Under the pieces are notes generated by a model. It did no database searches, had not been told where the DNA came from, and worked only from the letters and a program-made list of their open reading frames with translations. A stretch of DNA of 64,000 bases from assembly GCA_965226055.1 (NCBI GenBank), contig CBDDCA010000006.1, forward strand, positions 736,001 through 800,000, read 5' to 3'. Below are positions 30,765 to 38,061 of the stretch, one piece after another; position 1 is the stretch's first letter, and every line of letters starts with the position of its first letter. This DNA comes from Spirochaetia bacterium (GTDB lineage Bacteria > Spirochaetota > Spirochaetia > WTKD01 > G963693115). Position numbers and translations under genes: made by a program.

Positions 30765-31304
30765 ATGAGTAAATCTAAAAAAGAGATATTATTATTGGCT
30801 GTGCCTGCTAACAGTGGTAAAACATTCACGATTAATTTGTTATATAATAAATGGATGAAATTTAAACAAGATATGTCCATATCAGATTATGATAAACTAG
30901 AACCAAAATCTAAAGAAGCGTTTCAAAAAATAAAGAATGCAGAGTATAAAAATCAAGATAAAGATGGAGATATTCAAGAAACAGTAGAAATTAATGGCAT
31001 AACTATTGGTTTTGCTAGTAAAGGTGATGAACCTGATGCTATTCGAAAGAATATTAAATTTTTTAAAGAAAATAAATGTGGTATTTGTATTACAGCTTGT
31101 TCTTGTGATGGAATATTAGATAAAAGACAAGGGAAAGATACAAAAGAGCGTGTACAAAAAATATTAGATTTTGAAGAAAAACACAAATACTGTATCTCAA
31201 CATTTGATTTCATGAGTGTGGATGAAGAGCATGACAATGACTACTGTAACAATGAAAAAGCAAGAATGATGTTTGATAGATTAAAGTATCTTTTGTCCGT
31301 GTAA
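30765..31304 (+). CDS. Small P-loop NTPase-like hypothetical protein, array copy 5
   Basis: VPANSGKT motif; paralog of the other copies. Confidence 0.85.
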   Translation: MSKSKKEILLLAVPANSGKTFTINLLYNKWMKFKQDMSISDYDKLEPKSKEAFQKIKNAEYKNQDKDGDIQETVEINGITIGFASKGDEPDAIRKNIKFFKENKCGICITACSCDGILDKRQGKDTKERVQKILDFEEKHKYCISTFDFMSVDEEHDNDYCNNEKARMMFDRLKYLLSV

Positions 31305-31435
31305 ATTTTGATAAGAAAGCCAAACAGTAAGAGGAAAAATAAAAAATTCCATAGTTTAAATATATTTGCACTATAGTATTGTATGCTTATATAGACAACG
31401 AGATAGTAAAACTCCAAAAAAATCCTTATTTTTGC

Positions 31436-31465
31436 TTGACATAGCATAAACAAACACAATATAAT
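31436..31465 (+). promoter_or_regulatory. rplM-rpsI promoter (TTGACA-18-TATAAT)
   Basis: Perfect hexamers about 70 nt upstream of rplM. Confidence 0.75.
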
Positions 31466-31534
31466 ATATTCCATAGTGGAGACTTATGTTTAATGATATA
31501 GGTACACTAAATAGTAGATACAAGGTACAAGGAT

Positions 31535-31978
31535 ATGCTAGACCAAAAAACTATATTTATTCCCCCAAGCAAAGTAGTGCGTAAGTGGTATCTCATTGAT
31601 GCGAAAGATAAAGTATTGGGAAAAGTAGCAGTGGAAATTGCTCGATTAGTACGTGGAAAACACAAAGCTGAGTTTACTCCTCACCAAGAGATTGGTGATT
31701 ATGTGGTAGTTATCAATGCAGACAAGGTAAAGCTCACTGGTAACAAAGAAACACAGAAAATGTATCACCGACATAGTGGGTATCCCGGTTCTCTGAAATC
31801 AGAGAATTATAAAAGATTGAACGATAGAAAGCCTGGCTATCCCTTAGAGCTAGCAATTAAACGCATGTTGCCAAAAAATAAACTTGGCAATAAACTGTTT
31901 ACTAATGTTAAGGTATATGCAGGAGAGCCTAATCCTCTCCCTCATATAGCACAGAAACCAGAAAAATACGAGGTATAA
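31535..31978 (+). CDS. rplM: 50S ribosomal protein L13
   Basis: WYLIDA, LVRGKHK..FTPH..GDYVVVINA and HSGYPG motifs. Confidence 0.98.
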   Translation: MLDQKTIFIPPSKVVRKWYLIDAKDKVLGKVAVEIARLVRGKHKAEFTPHQEIGDYVVVINADKVKLTGNKETQKMYHRHSGYPGSLKSENYKRLNDRKPGYPLELAIKRMLPKNKLGNKLFTNVKVYAGEPNPLPHIAQKPEKYEV

Positions 31979-31979
31979 T

Positions 31980-32375
31980 ATGGAACAGAGTTCTTTTGGT
32001 GCAGTAGGAAAACGAAAGACATCAGTAGCAAGAATATATTTACGAAAAGGTACTGGAAATATAAAGATAAACAAAAATCGTAATATACAAGACTACTTAA
32101 AAAAACAAGAGCTTATTGACAAAGCACTTTTGCCACTATCAGTTACAAAACAAAAATCTCATTGGGATGTAATAATCAATGTATATGGCGGTGGTACTAC
32201 GGGGCAAGCAGGAGCAATTGCTCACGGCATTGCTCGTTCACTCTTAAAAAGTGATGAAGAGTTGCGTCATACGCTTAAACAGCATAGTTTACTCACGCGT
32301 GATTCAAGAATGGTAGAAAGAAAAAAATATGGACGTCGTGGAGCAAGACGATCTTTTCAGTTCTCTAAACGTTAG
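31980..32375 (+). CDS. rpsI: 30S ribosomal protein S9
   Basis: GKRKTSVAR, GGGTTGQAGAI and TRDSRMVERKKYG...QFSKR motifs. Confidence 0.98.
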   Translation: MEQSSFGAVGKRKTSVARIYLRKGTGNIKINKNRNIQDYLKKQELIDKALLPLSVTKQKSHWDVIINVYGGGTTGQAGAIAHGIARSLLKSDEELRHTLKQHSLLTRDSRMVERKKYGRRGARRSFQFSKR

Positions 32376-32380
32376 TATAT

Positions 32381-32938
32381 ATTTTACAGAATAATCTCCC
32401 AGAACAACAAGAATTACTGCATGGTGCATTTACAAAAGCACTCCGTTTACTATCTAAAAAAGGTTACGCTACACGAGCATTAGCACTAAAATTACTTGAA
32501 CACTATCCTCAAGGCATAGTAGAGGGAGTTATCTCACAACTACAACAAGAAAAGTATCTTGATGATAGTACTCTCTGTTATCAGTTTGCACAGTTTTTTC
32601 TTGATACAAAACCGCATAGTAAAGCACGGCTTGTACAAAAACTTGCTATACGAAAGTTTGAAGCATCCTGTATTGCCAATAGTCTCATACAACTAGAAGA
32701 AGAATTTTTACAGCATCAGTTTACTCCACATTACTGCATGGTATTTGAACATACATGTATACAGATAGAAAGGATTGATTTGTGGAGCTTCATTACTATG
32801 GTAGCGTTGTATCAACAGTATCAAAAAAATACAAAGCATGCATACGTAACATTGAAATCTCGTCTTGTATTACAAGGCTTTGTGTATATGCATATTGAAA
32901 CTGCACAGCAACAATTACTACAGCACAGCCTCATATAA
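32381..32938 (+). CDS. recX: RecX-like regulatory protein; no canonical start codon (ATT 32381 or CTG 32417 proposed)
   Basis: Open frame from 32369: ...AFTKALRLLSKK...LKL...VISQLQQEKYLDD...FA...RLVQKLAIRKF...RLVLQGF; the ORF track captured only the last 66 aa. Confidence 0.65.
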   Translation: MLQNNLPEQQELLHGAFTKALRLLSKKGYATRALALKLLEHYPQGIVEGVISQLQQEKYLDDSTLCYQFAQFFLDTKPHSKARLVQKLAIRKFEASCIANSLIQLEEEFLQHQFTPHYCMVFEHTCIQIERIDLWSFITMVALYQQYQKNTKHAYVTLKSRLVLQGFVYMHIETAQQQLLQHSLI

Positions 32939-32980
32939 AACTAATATGATAGTAGCGATAAGAGAAGAACAAAAGAGTAG

Positions 32981-33232
32981 CTATGATGCCTTGTTACTGT
33001 TTTCTTTTAATTTCTCTTTTAGTTTTTCCTCTTGTTCTTTTGCTGCTTTAGCATCGTATATGTCTGCTATACTAATGATGATGAAAAACAAAGCAAGTGA
33101 CATAAGAAATAAAGGGAGTACCCCTTGTATCACAAATAAAAATGCTTCTGTCCATCCTAATGCCCAATCAAAAGGCAATACCATATACAAAGAGACAATG
33201 AGAAGAATAATTCCAAGCAATATACCAGCCAT
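32981..33232 (-). CDS. Small two-TM membrane protein with charged C-terminal tail
   Basis: 83 aa from MAGILLG; TGCTACTAT 6 nt upstream. Confidence 0.7.
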   Translation of the reverse strand: MAGILLGIILLIVSLYMVLPFDWALGWTEAFLFVIQGVLPLFLMSLALFFIIISIADIYDAKAAKEQEEKLKEKLKENSNKAS

Positions 33233-33329
33233 AAGTATATAGTAGCATAGAAAATATTCCCTGTATAGTATGGCTAGTATACTGTTGCTTTTTACTGTAA
33301 GACAATTTATAGTGTGATAATTCCTTTTG

Positions 33330-34601
33330 CTAATGCTCAAAAAGAGTGCTATGTAATTGTATGAGGGCTTTTTGGAGATCTTGTTCAGCAATAATAATAC
33401 TAAGATTGCTTCCTGTTTGCCCTAAAGAGATAGTATTGATAGCAACAGTGTGTAGCGATTGTAGTATGTCGCCTGTTTTTGTAGGAGTAGTCCAACAATC
33501 TTTTCCAATAAGACTGATAATAGCTCGGTGTGTTTGGTAGAGTACTTCTCCTAGTTTTTTGAGTGATGTAACAAAAGAAGTGCTGAAATAGCTCTTATGA
33601 AATGTCATTGTTACTGATATTTCCGATGTTGTGAGAGTTTCTATTGATACTTTATGTTGATGACATATTGCAAAGATTTTTTCTAAATACCCATGTTGAT
33701 GAAACATATCGGCAGATCGTAATGTGAGTATGATAAAGTCTTTGCGATGGGTAATGGTAATGCAAGTAGTACTGTTGATTTTTGCTTGGTTGTGGATAGT
33801 AGTGATAGGAGCTTGGGAATGAAGAGAATGTATCATAATAGGGATATTGTGTTGAGAGAGTTCATATAGGGCACTAGGATGAAAAAATTTTCCTCCCAGA
33901 TACGATATTTCTAAGGCAGTGGTATAATCAAGTTCTTTTACTGTTTTTGCTTGTGAAATGATAGTAGGATCAGCAGTTTGTATTCCCATGAGGTTGTTCC
34001 AAATGGCTACTTTTTTTGCCTTATATTTTTTAGCAAGACGGGTAGCTACAAAATCTATAGTATGGGGAATATTTTCTATAGGTATGATGCATATAGGAGT
34101 GTGCTGTAATGTTTTCGATACAGATAACACATTGCTAATAGCACAGTGAAGCATAGGATACCTATTTTGTAGCATGGTAACTATAAGTACTGATGCTATA
34201 TGTGATGCTATTTTTAATAAAGAGGAGAATGTTTTTGCACTTATTTCTTTTACTGCACAGATTCCATGTAAAAGAGAAAGTATATCATTACAATCAGAAT
34301 GAAATGCATGGAGTACTTGTTTTTGTTGTGTTTCATCAGTAAACACATTTTGTATAGTGAGTGATATTATTCTTTTGAATTTTGAAAACTCATCTTCAAT
34401 ATATGCACGTGGCTTTGTAAGTGCTTGTGTGGCAAGTTGTTGTAAAGGTTCATGAGAACGCATATAACTTCCATTTAAGACAATAATATGAGAGTCTGGG
34501 CTATGATGTGCATGTTTCCATATTACTGTGCATATGTCTACAAGGTTATTTTTCTTTTCAAAATAAGTAGTGTCAAATACTAGTATAGATTTTGTATGCA
34601 T
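33330..34601 (-). CDS. lysC: Aspartate kinase-like protein with two ACT domains; catalytic motifs degenerate
   Basis: GIQTADP, ALEISYLGGKFFHP and ACT region (GYLEKIF...TSEISVTMT); directly downstream of asd. Confidence 0.75.
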   Translation of the reverse strand: MHTKSILVFDTTYFEKKNNLVDICTVIWKHAHHSPDSHIIVLNGSYMRSHEPLQQLATQALTKPRAYIEDEFSKFKRIISLTIQNVFTDETQQKQVLHAFHSDCNDILSLLHGICAVKEISAKTFSSLLKIASHIASVLIVTMLQNRYPMLHCAISNVLSVSKTLQHTPICIIPIENIPHTIDFVATRLAKKYKAKKVAIWNNLMGIQTADPTIISQAKTVKELDYTTALEISYLGGKFFHPSALYELSQHNIPIMIHSLHSQAPITTIHNQAKINSTTCITITHRKDFIILTLRSADMFHQHGYLEKIFAICHQHKVSIETLTTSEISVTMTFHKSYFSTSFVTSLKKLGEVLYQTHRAIISLIGKDCWTTPTKTGDILQSLHTVAINTISLGQTGSNLSIIIAEQDLQKALIQLHSTLFEH

Positions 34602-34608
34602 AATGAAA

Positions 34609-35652
34609 CTAAAAATAGGGTGAATGTAATCCTAAACGAACAAATGCTTCTGCATTTAAGATTGCTGCTCCTGCTGCTCCTCGAATGGTGTTATGTCCTA
34701 GTACGGTGAATTTATAATCGCATAGAGTACAAGGGCGTAATCTTCCAATACAAGAAGCCATGCCTTTTTCTTTCATTCTATCAAGTCGTGGTTGTGGACG
34801 ATTCTCTTCTGTAAAGTAGAGCAATGGATGGAGAGGGGCTGAGTGTAATTTTTGTGCTTGTGGAAATCCTTGAAAGTTTTGCCATGTTTGAATAATATCA
34901 TGTTCTGTGGGGGTTGTTTCAAAACTCAATGAGATGCAGGCAGTATGTCCATCAAGTACAGGAACTCTGTTACAATGAGCACTGATGTCAAAATGGGTGG
35001 AGACTATTCCTTTGCCTTGAATGTAGTCGCCAAGTATTTTTAAGGGTTCGGTCTCTATTTTTTCTTCTTCTCCATCAATATACGGAACAACATTATCGAG
35101 TATGTCAAGGGAAGGTACTCCAGGATACCCTGCCCCACTGATAGCTTGCATAGTATGTACCATGAGTTTTGTAATAGTGAAATTTTTATGCAATGGTCCT
35201 ATTGCAAGAGCTATTGCCATAGTGGAGCAATTTGAGTTGGTAATAATAGCTCCCTTTGTTTTTTGTTCTTGTACTGAAAATAAATGCTCATGGTTTAGTT
35301 CGGGAATAACAAGGGGTACAAGGGGATTCATTCTATGATTTTTAGCATTGCTTATAACAATATGTCCTTGACGTGCATACTGTTCTTCTACTTCAAGTGC
35401 AACAGTACTATCAAGCCCTGAAAATAAGAGAGGACTGCTAAGGGTATCTTGTGTAGAACGGATAATCATATCTGCAATGTTCTCTGGAATATTCTCTTCT
35501 TGTTTCCATACACAAGCATCTTTGTAGCGTTTTTTTGCACTTTGTTCTGATGCTACAAGTTCGGTTATACGAAATTGGGGGTGTCCTTGTAACAAGCTGA
35601 TACATTTTTGTCCTACAGTACCAGTAGCGCCAAGTATTGCAACATTAATCAT
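34609..35652 (-). CDS. asd: Aspartate-semialdehyde dehydrogenase (archaeal/fungal-like subtype)
   Basis: ILGATGTVGQ, NSNCST, QAISGAGYPGV and HNTIRGAAG motifs. Confidence 0.96.
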   Translation of the reverse strand: MINVAILGATGTVGQKCISLLQGHPQFRITELVASEQSAKKRYKDACVWKQEENIPENIADMIIRSTQDTLSSPLLFSGLDSTVALEVEEQYARQGHIVISNAKNHRMNPLVPLVIPELNHEHLFSVQEQKTKGAIITNSNCSTMAIALAIGPLHKNFTITKLMVHTMQAISGAGYPGVPSLDILDNVVPYIDGEEEKIETEPLKILGDYIQGKGIVSTHFDISAHCNRVPVLDGHTACISLSFETTPTEHDIIQTWQNFQGFPQAQKLHSAPLHPLLYFTEENRPQPRLDRMKEKGMASCIGRLRPCTLCDYKFTVLGHNTIRGAAGAAILNAEAFVRLGLHSPYF

Positions 35653-35737
35653 ATGTTTATAGTATCATAGGTGAGATTAATATGGTATACTAATAAAAAG
35701 ATTGTATAGAAAATAAAAGCAATAAAGGAGTATAAAT

Positions 35738-36799
35738 ATGTCTACACTTGATACTAACAAACCTGTTATGGTGAGTGGAGCGAATGGATATATTGCAAGC
35801 TGGATAGTAAAAAAGCTACTTGATAAAGGATGTACTGTTCATGCAACAGTAAGAGATCCTTCTGATAATGAGAGAGTAGGTCATTTGAGGGAAATCGCTG
35901 AGGGGAGTAAAGGAACACTGAAGTTTTTTCAGGCAAATCTCTTAGAGGAGGGTTCTTTTTCACAGGCCATGCAAGGGTGTGAAATAGTATTTCATACTGC
36001 TTCTGTTGTGATGTTTTCTTCAAAGAATCCCCAAAAGGATATTGTGGACCCTGCTTTGTTTGGTACTAAGAATATACTGCATTCGGTTGATGCATGCGAA
36101 AGTGTTAAAAAAGTGATACTTACTAGCAGTATAGCGGCTGTATACGGCTACTCTATAGATATGCAACGTCAGAATATAGAGAAATTTCGAGAAGAGCATT
36201 GGAATACCTCTTCTTCTCTTACGATGGGACCGTATTCGTATGCTAAGACAGTAGCAGAAAAAGCAGCATGGCAATATGCAGAACAACAAAAAGAGCAACG
36301 GTGGCAGTTGATAGTGATGAATCCTGGATTTGTGGTAGGACCAACATTAAATAAGAGAGTAGAAAGTTCTCTTATGTTGCTAAAGCAATTAGGAGATGGT
36401 TCTATGAAACTTGGTACTATGAATATGATGCTTGCAATAGTGGATGTAGAGGATATTGCTGATGCTCATATCATTGCTGCATATAAGCCTGGTGTTTCAG
36501 GACGACATATTTTGACAGCAAAATCATATTCTCTATTAGAGATGGCTAATATACTACGCAGTCATTTTGGGGATCAATATGCATTTCCTAAAAAAAATAT
36601 TCCTAAATGGATGCTCTCTCTTTTTGCTCCACTTATTGGTATGTCACGGGATATGGTACGATATTCTGTAAATTTTCCTCTTGAGTTTGATAATGAGTAT
36701 AGCAAGAAAGATTTAGGGCTAGAATATCGTTCAGTACAAGATGCTCTGATTGCTACATTTCAACAGATGATTGATATAGGGATAGTGCAAAAAAAATAG
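35738..36799 (+). CDS. NAD-dependent epimerase/dehydratase family (aldehyde reductase / DFR-like extended SDR)
   Basis: SGANGYIAS, TSSIAA and YSYAK (YxxxK) motifs. Confidence 0.9.
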   Translation: MSTLDTNKPVMVSGANGYIASWIVKKLLDKGCTVHATVRDPSDNERVGHLREIAEGSKGTLKFFQANLLEEGSFSQAMQGCEIVFHTASVVMFSSKNPQKDIVDPALFGTKNILHSVDACESVKKVILTSSIAAVYGYSIDMQRQNIEKFREEHWNTSSSLTMGPYSYAKTVAEKAAWQYAEQQKEQRWQLIVMNPGFVVGPTLNKRVESSLMLLKQLGDGSMKLGTMNMMLAIVDVEDIADAHIIAAYKPGVSGRHILTAKSYSLLEMANILRSHFGDQYAFPKKNIPKWMLSLFAPLIGMSRDMVRYSVNFPLEFDNEYSKKDLGLEYRSVQDALIATFQQMIDIGIVQKK

Positions 36800-36842
36800 T
36801 GAGAATGCAGAAGAAATAGTGATACTGTAAGTGCGTGTAGTA

Positions 36843-37982
36843 TCAAATACTTGCTAAAAGACTTGCTTTAGGGTGTGAGGTGAGTATTGTATTTAGTACC
36901 TGTTCTTTTTGCTCTGGTGCTACTGCTACTACTATTGAGCCACCAAACCCACCTCCAGTAAGGCGAGCTCCTAAAGCGCCAGCTTCTTTTGCAGTATTAC
37001 ACATTGCATCAATTTCTGGGAGAGAGGTATGGTAGAGATCTCTTTGTGATGCATGGCTTTCATCCATAAGGCGAGCAAATGTATGTATGTCTTTTTCAAG
37101 GAGTGCTGTGTACGCATCGTGTACCCGTTTATTTTCATATACCACATGATGAGCACGTTTTATAAGGAGTTCGTCTTTGAGTGATATGTTTTGTAAATCA
37201 TCAGGCTTTAGTTCACTAAGATGATTGATAGCGAGGAGAGAACATATTTTTTTGCATTGAGCAACACGAGTAGCATACCCTTCATCATCGGCAAATGCAT
37301 GTGTTATCCCCGATGAAATAAGCAGAAAATTAGCAGTATCAAATAGTGGAGCAAACTCATAGCTAGGGTGTTCGCTGTTAAAAAAGTTAATGTACATAGC
37401 GTGGCGTTGCATACCCATGCTTACCACCATTTGATCCATCAATCCACAGGGTACGCCTACATACTCATTGTCTGATCTCTGTGCCATCTTTGCAATGCGT
37501 AGATCACCAATGTCAATTTTCAAAAGAGCAGTAATTGCACGTATCGTAGCTACTTCTAGTGCAGCAGAACTTGAAATGCCTACTCCACTCAGAATATTTG
37601 AGTCAATGAAGATATGTATGGCAGGCAGAGGTGAGCGTATATGCTTTTTTATTTCTCGTACACTTCCAAGTACATAATCTGTCCAATGCTGTTTTTTTTG
37701 TTCACTCAGTAAACGGGTGTGTATAAGAGGAGCGGTATGTGTGTGAGTATCGAAAGTACTATATATGTTTACTGTGTCTTGTGTTTGGGTATGAGATTGA
37801 GCCACCGCTACAGTGGTGCTGTTATCAAGAAGTACAGGCATAACACAGCCGTTGTTATAGTCAGTATGTTCTCCAATAAGATTTGCTCGTGCATGTGCAT
37901 ATGCAGTATATTCTATTGTAGTATGAAATATTTTTTCAAAAGCAAGAGTATGATGAGATTGGTCTGTTTTCCCTTTATTCAT
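36843..37982 (-). CDS. galK: Galactokinase
   Basis: RANLIGEHTDYN, GISSSAALEV, CGLMDQ and GARLTGGGFGG motifs. Confidence 0.95.
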   Translation of the reverse strand: MNKGKTDQSHHTLAFEKIFHTTIEYTAYAHARANLIGEHTDYNNGCVMPVLLDNSTTVAVAQSHTQTQDTVNIYSTFDTHTHTAPLIHTRLLSEQKKQHWTDYVLGSVREIKKHIRSPLPAIHIFIDSNILSGVGISSSAALEVATIRAITALLKIDIGDLRIAKMAQRSDNEYVGVPCGLMDQMVVSMGMQRHAMYINFFNSEHPSYEFAPLFDTANFLLISSGITHAFADDEGYATRVAQCKKICSLLAINHLSELKPDDLQNISLKDELLIKRAHHVVYENKRVHDAYTALLEKDIHTFARLMDESHASQRDLYHTSLPEIDAMCNTAKEAGALGARLTGGGFGGSIVVAVAPEQKEQVLNTILTSHPKASLLASI

Positions 37983-38061
37983 ATTATTATGGTATCATAA
38001 ATATATATATAATAGAAATAGAGTTGTTTGTGTTATATACTAATACAAATAATTTCAAAGA

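Larger units (their letters stand above)
27763..31410 (+). repeat. Tandem array of five ~700-745-bp units (gene plus ~190-bp spacer)
   Basis: Direct repeats; a ~195-bp block is identical at 28333-28527, 29070-29264 and 29810-30004; a degenerate spacer follows copy 5. Confidence 0.95.

Noticed and set aside
27842-31304. Diversity-generating retroelement (template/variable repeat pair)
   Set aside because: No reverse transcriptase in the window. Differences include C/T and G/T changes, indels and whole-module swaps, so they are not confined to adenines of one template.
27842-31304. Integron cassette array or shufflon
   Set aside because: No integrase or invertase nearby, no attC-like GTTRRRY inverted structure recognised, and all units are same-strand paralogs.
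27763-31410. Tandem repeats as a CRISPR array
   Set aside because: Units are about 740 bp and protein-coding; there is no 25-45-bp repeat/spacer pattern and no cas gene in the window.
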